DNA of 37,863 nt from contig NC_069001.1 of assembly GCF_001194135.2 (NCBI RefSeq), positions 36,345,033 through 36,382,895 on the forward strand, given 5' to 3'. Shown here in pieces: positions 21,785 to 34,678 of the stretch (position 1 is the stretch's first letter; each line of letters starts with the position of its first letter). Origin of the DNA: Octopus bimaculoides. Taxonomy: Eukaryota. The position numbers and the translations under genes are program-made. A model generated the notes under the pieces. That model was given only the letters and a program-made list of their open reading frames with translations. It searched no databases and was not told the DNA's origin.

Positions 21785-22010
21785 GGGTTGTACGGAAAGT
21801 TTGTGTCGATTTTTAAAGGAAAGAAAAAGGTCAATAAATACTTGCCATTACATTTTTAATCAACCAAATATGAACCATTTTGTTGCACAATGCATCTCCA
21901 TCTTTCCTTTAACTTGAAAATACCCTCTTCCCAGAATTGAGGTGCTTTCATGGCAAATAAGTCGAAAGGTAAGCTAATATAAATCGGCATGAACTTTCCG
22001 GACAACCCAA
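21783..22010 (-). mobile_element. Internally deleted mariner (228-bp MITE), ~30-bp TIRs, TA-flanked
   Basis: TA|TTGGGTTGTACGGAAAG...CTTTCCGGACAACCCAA|TA; minus strand encodes FAMKAPQFWEEGIFKLKERWRCIVQQNGSYLVD*, like the mariner C-terminal GI.KL.ERW..V....G.Y motif. Confidence 0.9.
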
Positions 22011-22428
22011 TATATATATATATATATATATATGTATGCATGTATGTGTGTATGTATGCGTGAAAGCATGTATGTATGTATGTATACATGTATGTATGTG
22101 TGAAGGTATTTGGCTAAATGCTTAGAGGATTTGGCTNNNNNNNNNNNNNNNNNNNNNNNNNNNNNNNNNNNNNNNNNNNNNNNNNNNNNNNNNNNNNNNN
22201 NNNNNNNNNNNNNNNNNNNNNNNNNNNNNNNNNNNNNNNNNNNNNNNNNNNNNNNNNNNNNNNNNNNNNNNNNNNNNNNNNNNNNNNNNNNNNNNNNNNN
22301 NNNNNNNNNNNNNNNNNNNNNNNNNNNNNNNNNNNNNNNNNNNNNNNNNNNNNNNNNNNNNNNNNNNNNNNNNNNNNNNNNNNNNNNNNNNNNNNNNNNN
22401 NNNNNNNNNNNNNNNNNNNNNNNNNNNN

Positions 22429-22473
<45 letters not shown>

Positions 22474-22960
22474 GACAGACAGATAGATAGACACACACAC
22501 ACATAAACGCACAGCTCTATATCTACCCATTTACCCCTTTCTAACAAACGGGGCTCAGTTCCATATTCAAAACAAAATCCTCAAACACAAAAATACAATA
22601 ACTGCTGCCCCAAACTAAAAACCACGACACTGATGTTTCTCATGTCATTTCACATTCAGTGTTGATATTTACATATAGCGTTTACTGCGGCAACTGCTGG
22701 TTCGTGTTTATCCATCCTTGTGCTAACATAAGGAAATATTTGAAACCTTTGTGACACACATACACACATATATACAGAGAGAGAAAGCCAACAAAACTTG
22801 ATGGAACACATGAAAGGACTTGCTTCCAATATATCTGGCTGTTTATTCTTGCATTCTACAAAGGAATGGTAAAGGTTATGCAAAGTCTACCAGGGGCAAA
22901 CTTGGGCTTGTATTCTTTCATGGAAGTTTTTCTTTTATCTATGTATAAATATGTATGCAT

Positions 22961-23005
<45 letters not shown>

Positions 23006-23053
23006 TGATTGTGTGGATGTGCAGAGTATATACATAGAATGTGTGTTTGTGTT

Positions 23054-23084
<31 letters not shown>

Positions 23085-23300
23085 ATATATACATACACAC
23101 ACAACATGTATCAATATATATGTGTGTGTGTGTGTGTACATATAGATATATATATACACTCAATTGATACTATACATCTGTATAGCATATAGTTATGTAT
23201 CAAATATATACCATTCAACTTATATATATACATATATATATATAACATATAAGACATATTATATATATATATATAGGTAGCATGTAGTATATATAATATA

Positions 23301-23376
<76 letters not shown>

Positions 23377-23740
23377 GAGAGAGAGAGGTTGAAGTTGCTC
23401 AGCAGTATTGATTCTTGTTAACCTAATTTGACCCCTTTCATATCTACAAAGGTCTATGGACATCTCCTGAACTCACCAGAAGTACTCTGAGTCTATTGTA
23501 ACAGCATTGTAGTAGAAAAGCACGGACTTAGAAGTACTTAACATAATCTGATTGGGCCAGCATAAGCATCACATGACACACACTCACATATGCATGCGTG
23601 TGTGTGCGCGCATACGTATACATGCACACACACACACACGCACTCACACATCTATATACGTGTATGCACTTCTAACCTGAATCATACTGATGCAGGCCAT
23701 CAATAGCTTATGAATTATAATGGGCGTCAGTATATGATAT

Positions 23741-24015
23741 AGGAGTGGCTGTGTGGTAAGTAGCTTGCTTACCAGTCATGTAGTTCCGGGTTCAGTCCCA
23801 CTGCGTGGCACCTTGGGAAAGTGTCTTCTATTATAACCTTGGGCCGACCAAAACCTTTTGAGTGGATTTGGTAGACGGAAACTGAAAGAAGCCTATCGTA
23901 TGTGTGTGTGTGTGTGTGTTTGTCCCCTCACCATCGCTTAACAACTGATGCTGGTGTGTTTATGTCCCTGTAACTTAGTGGTTTGGCAAAAGTGACCATT
24001 ACAATGAGCACTAGG
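23741..24015 (+). mobile_element. SINE family B, 3' truncated
   Basis: AGGAGTGGCTGTGTGGTAAG head, GGTTCAGTCCC B box, GGCACCTTGGG core, GGAAACTGAAAGAAGCC, (TG)n. Confidence 0.9.
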
Positions 24016-24465
24016 GGTGATGGGGTTGCAGAAACTGTCTGATAGCCATGACCGGGTCCTCCTGCTGTTGCCAGACATAGGGTCTTCCAGCAGCCAACCT
24101 CTTGAGCCAGAGGTCATGTGGGAAGACGAATGGAAGCATAACGTTGCCATCACTAGTGATCACATGTGATCCATGATGTTGCCTGGATGTTTGATTTTTA
24201 TAACTCTCAGTACATGTCCTCAGATTGCATTGTCCTCAGACTGACACCCAAACACTCTGAAATGCTTGTATTTGACCTTCCAACATGAATGCCAAGCAGT
24301 ACAGCATGTCATTTCCAAATTTCTGGCAGAGTGAATTGTGTCATGGTGTTGTTTTTCTCAAAGATGGTGCCCAACTGACCCTACTATACTGTGTAGTCAA
24401 CAGAATCAAATACAAACAATGCACATGTGCAAAACTAAAAATATAAAATGGCAACAATTTACCTG
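24013..24465 (-). pseudogene. Multiply deleted Tc1/mariner (maT-like) transposon relic
   Basis: ATG at 24344: MTQFTLPEIWK*HAVLLGIHVGRSNTSISECLGVSLRTMQ // IKIKHPGNIM // VITSDGNVMLPFVFPHDL // WLKRLAAGRPYVWQQ // SRRTRSWLSDSFCNPITP; resembles recalled maT-type motifs. Confidence 0.8.
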
Positions 24466-24944
24466 CTATATTCCTTCCTGCTGGCTATGGCTTTATAATC
24501 TTTGTTACAGCTGTCCATGTCACATCTTACAGTCTTTACAGTGTTCACAAAGCATTGAGCAGCAGTTACACTGTCCACATTTGAATACCCAGGGGAAATC
24601 ATCGTGATACGGGTATCTTTCCAATATGCAGATGGTTTCCAATCCTCCATAGCAGCTTTTTCTCAACTATAACATTGATCTTTATGCTCTCCAACACTGT
24701 TGACTATTCACCAAAACATCAAGCTATTCCTGGTTTTGGGATGTTTCCTCCCTGTTACCATTCTTGGAGACCCTGTAAAATGTCATGGGATCTGCCTTCC
24801 TTCTTGTCTAAAGCATTAAACAAAAAAAAAACCCAGTTGCAATTGAACCTGTCTACGATACAATGAGAGGCGTTCCTACAATGACCATCCCATCTAGCTT
24901 CTCACACATTATTCATCTTCATTATCCAGCACTGCCTTAACCTT

Positions 24945-25280
24945 TCCAAAGTGGTCGGGTACAGCTGGCATCCAGACACCACACTTCCTCACATCTGCTT
25001 CAAGACAACAAAGGTTTTTCACAAACCACAACATGGTGCTGCTTCCGCACGCTCCATACTTGCCTGACCAATTCCTCAGTGGATTGGCTGTGTTTCCTAA
25101 AAGGAAGCTGATGCCAAAAGGGGTGGAGGCCCACTTGAAAATGGTGAATGGAATTCAAACAGCATCGCAGGTGGTACTGGATATTTTTCAGGAAGAGGAC
25201 TCCAGCAGGGCTTTTTGAAGCATGGAAGTTGTACTGGGATTGGTGTACATGTCCCCTAGGGGGATTATGTTAAAGGGGAT
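24945..25280 (+). pseudogene. DD34D mariner transposase C-terminal relic
   Basis: SWHPDTTLPHICFKTTKVF[fs]TNHNMVLLPHAPYLPDQFLSGLAVFPK...AF[fs]EAWKLYWDWC...GDYVKGD; HPPYSPDL-like motif; 34 residues from the D to the expected third D, which is now G. Confidence 0.8.
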
Positions 25281-25444
25281 GATGTCACCAGAAGGAATTG
25301 TATTGAAAGGGATACTGCCTGAGTATAAATAATAAATGAAATGTATTATTTTTCTGTTGTATACACTTAATCGTTAATCCTGGTCTGGAAACATTTTGGT
25401 ATCGTCTCACCATTTATATATGTACACACACACGCACACACAGA

Positions 25445-25578
25445 GTTTCTGTCTACCAATCCACTCACAAGGCTTTGGTCATCTTGGTGCTGTTGTAGGT
25501 GACACTTGTCCAGAGTGCCATGTGACTGGACTGAACCTGAAGCCATGTCATTGCGAAACATACTTCTTCACCACACAG
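25445..25578 (-). mobile_element. SINE family B, 5' half
   Basis: GTCTACCAATCCACTCACAAGGCTTTGGTC...GACACTTG...GGACTGAACC. Confidence 0.8.
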
Positions 25579-25886
25579 TAATTAATACCAAAAAGACAAT
25601 CCTTATCTCCCACTCAGACATGGATGTCATGTTAGAAAACTGAACACTGCATCGTTTACCAAGACAGGCCCCGATTTCATGATATAGACATGAGTGCTTT
25701 TAAGAATCTCAGGTTCATACGTGAGGCCCTCTCTTGAGAAATCATGCAGTATTTGGTGATCTAACACAACATCCATTATGAAGGGGAAATAAATATGACC
25801 GATATACATTTGCATATATCTATATACCCCCCACACACACACACACACACACACAAACACATATAAATATATACATACATATATAT

Positions 25887-25931
<45 letters not shown>

Positions 25932-26309
25932 CATATATATATAATGAATGATATACTATGTATTCACACACTTGTCTGTGTGTGTTTCTGTATATATGTG
26001 TATGTGTGTACGTATAATATCCATTTTGTTACTTTGCTAAGAAGCTTGGCTTTCATTGCTTATTTTCTCTGTGAACACCCTCTGAAGACAGATCACTTGT
26101 ATAAACTTTTGGAGAATACATTAATGGCACTATACACACACACACACTATATATATATATATATATATATTATTATTATTATTGGTATTAATGGTACTAT
26201 GCACGTTAATCCTATTACAAGGTTTTCTCTGTTGTTGTTTTAAACTTTTATGCCAAAGATTAGCTAACATCTTGTCAAAGCTCTGTTAAATACTTTTCAT
26301 TATAATGCT

Positions 26310-26327
26310 TGCATATAGGTATGCATG

Positions 26328-26369
<42 letters not shown>

Positions 26370-26459
26370 TGTACCTATATATTTATATATGCGTGTGTGT
26401 ATACATATATATACATATGTACACATACATATATATATATGTGTGTGTGTGTGTATATG

Positions 26460-26506
<47 letters not shown>

Positions 26507-26584
26507 ATACATGCATATGTGTGTGTGTGTGTGTGTGTGTGCTTATATATAGATACATATGTATATATACATATATATGTGTGC

Positions 26585-26627
<43 letters not shown>

Positions 26628-26917
26628 TAAATGTATATATGTATATATATATATCATCATCATCATCACCATTTAACGTCCGCCTTCCATGCTGGCATGG
26701 GTGTATATATAAATATATATGCATACATACATACATATATATATATATATTTACACACACACACACACACACACACTTGCACTAAAATATATTCCTCTGG
26801 TCCTTTCATATTGCATGTGTAAGGAAAATAAAAACACAGCTAGAGTGCTGCCCTCTATGTCATCAGATATGACTAACTACCATACTTGCACACAGACATA
26901 TCATCATCATCATCATC

Positions 26918-26965
<48 letters not shown>

Positions 26966-26990
26966 GTCATTATTGTTATCATTATTATTA
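26310..26990. repeat. Compound (TA)n/(TG)n/(ATT)n field containing a family C tail fragment at 26654-26701
   Basis: Visible runs; ATTTAACGTCCGCCTTCCATGCTGGCATGGG. Confidence 0.85.
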
Positions 26991-27705
26991 TTGCATTTTG
27001 CTGTGGTTTCGAAACACATTGCCGGTCTTTGAGTAATGAATGTTTTTTTTCCTTTTTTTATATATATATATATTCTTATTTTGTAATATTTTCCATCTCT
27101 CGTTCCATTCGCGAAAACCACCTTCCTATAATGTAACAGATAAATGCAGGTAGTAGACCAGGCAATATTCATCCATCAACACACAAAAAAAAAAAAAGAA
27201 ACCCTGTGCTAATATTATCATTGTTGTTGTTGCTGTTGTTGAGGTGGTCGTTGTTGTTTAACCGAAGGTCAGCTTTGATAGAGCAGCCATATGATCAAAA
27301 GGATTCTATTAAGCAATGGTGTTTAGGTTTTTCTTTTTTTGTTGGTTTTTTTTTTATTTCTTTCTCTATTCAAAGCCAGCTTGGGTCCTGTTGATTGCGT
27401 ATGTCTATATAACCATAAGTGTTTCGTCTGGTTCTCCTTTTGTACCAGCTCCCTGTTTAGTTTAGTCTCCATGTTGTGAAATGAGGTAACCCAATACCTA
27501 AATATAATAAGGTCAACACGTTGGTTTTTACTCTGATGTACAAAGTCCCTTTAACCTTTCGATAATTAAATTTTTTTCATGAAATTTTTATGAAATGTTT
27601 TTTTTTCTCATTTCTTTTTTTTTTTTTTTGGTATTACAATTTTGCTTCTATATATTCGGTCAATGCTATCACTATTGTTGTTTTGAGAATATACATGCAT
27701 ATACA

Positions 27706-27989
27706 GGTCGACGCCAGCCCCCTCTGGCCCCTGTGCTGGTGGCACATAAAAAGCACCCACTACACTCTCGGAGTGGTTGGCCTTAGGAAGGGCATCCAGC
27801 TGTAGAAACATTGCTAGATCAGACTTGTTCCTGGTGCAGCCTCCNNNNNNNNNNGGGCATCCAGCTGTAGAAACATTGCTAGATCAGACTTGTTCCTGGT
27901 GCAGCCTCCTGGCTTTCCAGACCCCAGTCAAACCGTCCAACCCATGCCAGCATGGAAAACAGACGTTAAACAATGATGATGATAATGAT
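27706..27989 (+). mobile_element. Family C element with a gap-associated 55-bp duplication
   Basis: AAAAGCACCCACTACACTCTC...GGAAGGGCATCCAGCTGTAGAAAC...(GAT)n. Confidence 0.85.
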
Positions 27990-28035
27990 ATACATATATA
28001 CATATATAAATATATATATGCCTGTACATAGTATA

Positions 28036-28180
28036 TACATGGCTGTGAAATCAAGGAGTTTGCTTCCCTACCATGTGATCTTGGGTTCAGCTCCTTGAGC
28101 AAGTGGCTTCTACTATAAGCCCCAGATTGACAAAAGCCTTCTAAATGGATTTGGTAGATAGAAAATGGAAGAAGCCCATT
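28036..28180 (+). mobile_element. SINE family B, degraded 5' half
   Basis: CATGGCTGTG...GGGTTCAG...GGATTTGGTAGA..GAAAATGGAAGAAGCCC. Confidence 0.7.
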
Positions 28181-28187
28181 GTGTGTG

Positions 28188-28257
<70 letters not shown>

Positions 28258-28327
28258 NNNNNNNNNNNNNNNNNNNNNNNNNNNNNNNNNNNNNNNNNNN
28301 NNNNNNNNNNNNNNNNNNNNNNNNNNT

Positions 28328-28558
28328 TCACATAAAAGACACCATTTCGAGCGTGGCCGTTTTCGTGCGGGTGACACGTAAAAGCACCCACTACACTCTC
28401 TGAGTGGTTGGCGTTAGGAAGGGCATCCAGCTGTAGAAACTCTGCCAAATCAGACTGGAGCCTGGTGTTGCCATCCGGTTTCACCAGTCCTCAGTCAAAT
28501 CGTCCAACCCATGCTAGCATGGAAAGCGGACGTTAAACGATGATGATGATGATGATGA
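28328..28558 (+). mobile_element. Family C element, well preserved
   Basis: GTAAAAGCACCCACTACACTCTCTGAGTGGTTGGCGTTAGGAAGGGCATCC...GGACGTTAAAC(GAT)n. Confidence 0.9.
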
Positions 28559-28619
28559 TATATATATATAGATAAATATAGATAGATACAAACACACACA
28601 CACACAAACACACACACAA

Positions 28620-28751
28620 TGGGCTTCCTACAGTTTCCAGCTTCAGTTTTATCGGTGAGAAATTGGTACAGGGCTACAGTATGCAACACTTGCCCAAGGA
28701 GCCATATGCTAGAACAGAACCCCAAACCACAAGATTACCAGCAAGCTTCTT
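28620..28751 (-). mobile_element. SINE family B, degraded
   Basis: GGGCTTCC..CAGTTTCC and ACACTTGCCCAAGG motifs. Confidence 0.6.
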
Positions 28752-29211
28752 ATTGCTATTATATTGTAATTGACTAATTAGAGAAAAGCAAATCCCTTGA
28801 GTTAACGAGTAGAAGAGGAGAAAGAAATAGGAAGTTTATGGCTCGAATTATTTTGCCCTTTCAAGTAACACAAAATGCACGTTTAAAAGGTTGGGTCACA
28901 TTGTGCCATTTTGTGACAGTTATGATTGGCGGCTGCTAAATGCAGACAGTGTATGGAGCGAGGTCGAACCATGTTCTTAAATGAGATAATTAAGAAGAAA
29001 AGAAGATTTTGAAGGAAGTATCGGAGTGTTGATGGTACCTGTGGCATTGACTGAACAAAAGTGAAATGGAAGTCGCCGAATCATAAATATATGTTTATAT
29101 TTAGCGGGAATTGTTCAAACTGAATGAAGTGAAAATTGCTCTAAATCAATTCTATGACCTCAACTGAAGTGAATGGTGAATGTTTTTAAAGTTTTATAGA
29201 CTCTAATATGG

Positions 29212-29390
29212 GTGCTTAGCAGTATTTTATCTGTCCTTGTGATCTGAGTTCAAATTCCACCAGGGTCGACTTTGCTTTTCATCCTTTCGGGGTTGATAAA
29301 TTACGTACCAGTGAATCACTGGCGGGGTTGATGTAACTGACTCATTCCCCCACCCCTGAAATCACTGCCCTTGTGGCAAAATTTGAAACC
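29212..29390 (+). mobile_element. SINE family A
   Basis: GAGTTCAAATTCC...GGTCGACTTTGCTTTTCATCCTTTCGGGG...GGCAAAATTTGAAACC. Confidence 0.85.
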
Positions 29391-29947
29391 ATCATCGTTG
29401 TTGTTGTTGTTGTTGTCGTCGTCATCAGTCACACATGATGATTCTTACTTGAAAGGTCAAATTTAAGTGACCTGTCTTTAAATTCTGACCTTAGACTATG
29501 TAAGTCACTCACAAGATTCTTTTGTTGTCTGTTGGTGATCTCATGATTACCACTGCTTTACATTACTATTGTTGTTGTTGTTGTGATGGTGATGATGGTG
29601 GTGGTGTGGTGGTGGTGATGGTGGGGTGGTGGGGGGGGGATGGTTAGTAGTAATAGCTGCAGTTGCAGTAATATGTGCGACAGTAGTTGTGATTGTAGGT
29701 AGCAGTAGTGGTGGTGGTGGTAGCATAGTAGTAGTCCAGCCCCTGTCCATCCGGATTTCAAATCCCCCCCTCTCTCTCCCTCTCTCCCTCTCTGCCCCCT
29801 CGTCACTGCAAACCATCAACACTTCTGTCCGGGCTTGTCACTGGCAGATGATGATATCAGCAATTTGTAAAGGAAGACCAGAGTTTCCTTGCTGCGATCG
29901 GAAAATTGACTTTTCACAACTTTGTGTGTGTGTATCTGTGTGTGTAA

Positions 29948-29995
<48 letters not shown>

Positions 29996-30032
29996 NNNNN
30001 NNNNNNNNNTATATGTGTGTGTGTGTCAATAT

Positions 30033-30097
<65 letters not shown>

Positions 30098-30488
30098 GAT
30101 ATATGCATGAATATATATGCATGTATGTATGAATATATATACATGTATGTATGTATATATGTATATATGTTTATATACATACATATATATATATATGTAG
30201 ATATATTTATATATTTGCCTATATTTGTATATATCGGTGTGTGTGTGTGTGAACAGAGGAAGAGTGGGGGGTGCATTTTGGTTGCAACATTATTATTATT
30301 ATTAGTAGTAGTAGTAGTAGTAGCAGCAGCAGCATCAGTAGTAGGTCATCAATTTGTCAGATCTTTCCTCCACACAATGTCGATCCCTCGAGACTTCAAA
30401 AGAATCACATTTACGACTTTCGATTTCTTTTCTTTTCATCATTTCAATGGAGGTAAAGCACTTAGGTGCACTCGCACGCTTATCACAT

Positions 30489-30521
<33 letters not shown>

Positions 30522-30667
30522 TATATGTATATGCATGAATATGTGTTCATACATTCTTACACATACACATCTTAAGCATATGCATGTGCCCACATGTATG
30601 TATGCACACTTATGCAAACACACTTGCAAGATCAGATATAGGTACTTTAAAACATGGCCATATCTAA

Positions 30668-30711
<44 letters not shown>

Positions 30712-30934
30712 GTGCATGTACATNNNNNNNNNNTATATATATATATTTATATATATGTGCATGTACATATATGTGTGTGTGTGTGTGTGTGAATCAATAA
30801 ATTTTAAATGTTGGGTTAGATCTAGGACACTTATTCACTTATTTATTGTATATCAATATATATATAGATAGATATATATGTATACATACATACACATACG
30901 CTCACACATTGTCATACACACACACACACTCACT

Positions 30935-30979
<45 letters not shown>

Positions 30980-31321
30980 GGAACAGCTTTACTGTTGAAC
31001 TTGGTCTATTCAAAAACAAAAACAACTGTGTTCTTGTTAAATCCATTTTTATTGAGGTCTTCTTTCATATTTCTATAGAAGTTTCTAACAGTCTCTTTGA
31101 GCATTCATGGTCTCTTCTTCAAGAAGAAGTGGTTAGTGTAGGCTTGTGTTACTGCTGCTTTGTTGGATTAGGCTGGAGGTCAGCAGATTGATGTCAGTAT
31201 TAGCACTGAAATCATTGATAATTGTTATCATTGCAGAAGTCAGGTATATTTTATAAATATCCATATATCTATATTTACCTATCTATCTGTTTACCTGTCT
31301 CTGTCTCTCAATGTATCTATG

Positions 31322-31366
<45 letters not shown>

Positions 31367-31727
31367 CTCCCCCTATTCCCTCTATACTTCTTATATTCAC
31401 CCCCTCTGTATCTTGTAGATATTTCCTAATACATCTCCAATACTTACCTATTTCTCTCTCTCTATCTCTCTATCTATCTATCTATCTATCTATCTATTTA
31501 TCTCTCTCTATCTCTCTCTCTATCTATCTATCTATCTATTTATCTCTCTCTCTCTCACTGTGTCTCTATCTTTCTCTCTTACTCTCTCTCTTCTTCCTCT
31601 CCTTTCTTTTCCTACTGGGGTAGCCACATACCTCCTCTACAGTAAGACACTTATCTCTGTCCCTCTATTATACTTTAACCTATCAACTGGCACCACTCCC
31701 TCAGCGCCACTCACTCTCCCAGCCAAG

Positions 31728-31942
31728 TTATTTGGTGACCCCACTGGTGCTGGTGTCACATAAAAAGCACCCAGTACACTCTGTAAAGGGATTGGCATTA
31801 GGAAGGGCACCAGCCATAGAAACTGTGCCAAATCACACAGCAGATCCTGGTTCAGTTCTCTGGCTTGCCAGCTCCTCTAAACCCTTCCAACCCACACCAG
31901 CATCAAAAACAGGCATTAAATGATTGTGATGATGATGATGAT
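31728..31942 (+). mobile_element. Family C element
   Basis: AAAAGCACCC..TACACTCT...AGGAAGGGCA.CAGC...(GAT)n. Confidence 0.8.
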
Positions 31943-32024
31943 ATATATATATACAATGGATTCTCTCATCATGAATGACAGATGAGGGTTCAGTAAAATA
32001 AAGCGATAGTCATGTTCCATGGAC

Positions 32025-32181
32025 ATGCACATGTCTCTCTTGAGGTCTGTTTATGCCTTGCAAACCTTTTGGCAAAAGGAACAAGTTGAGGACTCAGTTT
32101 GTTCGATTGCTTGTGGATCATTTACTCCGTGGTTTCTCGAGTCGACAGCAAGGCCTGCTTTGCTTTGTGCCAGAAAACCAC
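32025..32181 (-). pseudogene. Probable LINE (RTE-like) ORF C-terminus relic with a degenerate C2H2 zinc finger
   Basis: ...TESSTCSFCQKVCKA*TDLKRDM: CxxC followed by LKR(H>D)M; runs into an N gap. Confidence 0.4.
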
Positions 32182-32422
32182 NNNNNNNNNNNNNNNNNNN
32201 NNNNNNNNNNNNNNNNNNNNNNNNNNNNNNNNNNNNNNNNNNNNNNNNNNNNNNNNNNNNNNNNNNNNNNNNNNNNNNNNNNNNNNNNNNNNNNNNNNNN
32301 NNNNNNNNNNNNNNNNNNNNNNNNNNNNNNNNNNNNNNNNNNNNNNNNNNNNNNNNNNNNNNNNNNNNNNNNNNNNNNNNNNNNNNNNNNNNNNNNNNNN
32401 NNNNNNNNNNNNNNNNNNNNNN

Positions 32423-32462
<40 letters not shown>

Positions 32463-32781
32463 TATACACACATATATATATATATATACACATATACACA
32501 TATATATATATATATACACATATACATATATAATGAAAAATATTTCAATACAAATGTATTAATACAAATGTATCAATTTCCAGCAATTGTTGTACCATTC
32601 TTATGAATTTACATATACATATATATATATATATATACACACACACATATAGATGGATAGATAGATTGATAAATAGATAGATAAATAGATAGATAGATAC
32701 ATAGATACATAGATAGAGAGAGAGAGATAGATAGATAGACAGACAGGAAGGTAGATAGATAGATACACACACACACACATG

Positions 32782-32938
32782 ATGGGCTTCTTTCAGTTTC
32801 CATTTACCAAATCCATTCACAAGGCTTAGGTTGGCCTGAAGTTACAGTAGAAGACACTTTCCCACAGTGCCACGTAATGGGACTGAACTTGGAACCATGT
32901 GGTTGGGAAGTGGTCTTCTTACCACCCAGCCATGCCTG
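32782..32938 (-). mobile_element. SINE family B, 5' half
   Basis: GGGCTTCTTTCAGTTTCC...GGGACTGAAC...CAGCCATGCCTG. Confidence 0.85.
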
Positions 32939-33388
32939 TATCTGTCTGTCAAAATTGAAACAACCAGACAAGTCAGAGTTCCGTTTTGCTTCCTTTTACA
33001 TCTTAATTTACAGTTTGTTTCAATGCCTTCAGTATTTGAAGAGATAAAATAAAAAAACAAAATCCTTTCTATCCTGATTTTATGCTGAGATCCTTTACCG
33101 TCATTTAAGTCAAGCTGAAGACTTGATTATAATCACAACTGGAATCGCTGAAAATACTTAATGATATTTTTTGAAAAATATTTTAATTAGACAGTGTGTT
33201 CTTCATTAAGAAATTTGATTAGGCAAAGGTTAAAGCAGTTCATATTAATTTTCATCTTCATTCTTTCCTCTTTAACATTCATTTAAGTCATGCTCGTAAT
33301 TCTCTCCCATTTACCATTTTCCAAATGCTACAGGCTGCTTCCTTGAAAGTCCTGCTTTGTTATTTAGTACAAGCTTTTCTTCCCATTT

Positions 33389-33423
<35 letters not shown>

Positions 33424-33712
33424 NNNNNNNNNNNNNNNNNNNNNNNNNNNNNNNNNNNNNNNNNNNNNNNNNNNNNNNNNNNNNATGATATTTTTTGAAA
33501 AATATTTTAATTAGACAGTGTGTTCTTCATTAAGAAATTTGATTAGGCAAAGGTTAAAGCAGTTCATATTAATTTTCATCTTCATTCTTTCCTCTTTAAC
33601 ATTCATTTAAGTCATGCTCGTAATTCTCTCCCATTTACCATTTTCCAAATGCTACAGGCTGCTTCCTTGAAAGTCCTGCTTTGTTATTTAGTACAAGCTT
33701 TTCTTCCCATTT

Positions 33713-33752
<40 letters not shown>

Positions 33753-34285
33753 CACACATACGCACGCACGCACATACTATATTTGTTTTTTGACTGGAAG
33801 TTGAGGAAATGTTGATGGTCTGATAAGCGGTGCTTTATTGTTGTTGTTGTTGTTGTTAACATATCACTGTCATTGGTAGTTGTTTTTGTTTGTTCTTTTG
33901 TTTTGTTACTGTTCCTGTGGTTGTTCAACCCACATGAAGTGTTAATTGTTACATCAGCTAAGCTCTCAAAATGTGTTTGGAGTACTTAGCAGTTAGCACC
34001 GCATACATCCACAAACACACGCACACACACGCACACACACAGCTGACCACCATGAAGTCAACAACCAGGATGTACACACACGCACACATCACATACACAC
34101 ACGCACACACAGATATATATATACACTTATGCTAATTTCGTTTTTCATTTCTGTTTCTTTTACAATCTACACACATTTTTCTATTTTCGCCTTTTCTGAT
34201 AATTAATGCTGTTCAATGTGATGATGCAGTATTTCTTAGCACACCGTATATACACATACTAAACACACACACATACATACATACA

Positions 34286-34325
<40 letters not shown>

Positions 34326-34678
34326 CATACATACACATAGAAAATATGGAGACTTGCCCTAATAATGGACCTTATAATATCATGCTGTCTTCCTTTGAAA
34401 AGGACATTTTTGGATCCAATGAAGAATTAACTAATTTGTATCTTTCTTCTCTTCAAGTTCCAAATAATGGTAGGGGCCGTTTTGTTTGTTGATTGAATTT
34501 CTTACTTTACTTTCCTTTCTTTTTTTCTTTTTTTTATAATTATTCTCAACACATCCTTCTGTTTAGTCTTTAAATATTCTTATTTCTAGACTTCTTTGAG
34601 TATTTCAGACTTATATAAAATGATTATGGTGCTGGTGATACTACTACTACATGTGATGATTTTATTATTATTATTATT

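Noticed and set aside
23471-23494. 16-nt minus-strand exon with a GTGAGT donor
   Set aside because: Good donor but modest acceptor and not frame-preserving; within chance expectation
27790-27909. 55-bp direct repeat
   Set aside because: Identical copies either side of a 10-N gap; assembly artefact (similar case at ~30695-30770)
30976-31215. Protein-like frames (MLKETVRNFYRNMKEDLNKNGF on the minus strand)
   Set aside because: Stops in all frames and no identifiable family; possibly decayed transposon sequence but unsupported
31440-31449. Consensus minus-strand donor TAG|GTAAGTAT
   Set aside because: The would-be exon is (GA)/(GATA) microsatellite
14611-31623. Poly-His/Ile/Tyr/Val/Cys ORFs, including 29626-30132 and 29960-30538
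   Set aside because: Translations of microsatellites
33161-33714. Apparent 230-bp tandem duplication (33161-33390 and 33485-33714)
   Set aside because: Apparently identical copies flank an N gap and both end in (TA)n; most likely unmerged contig overlap
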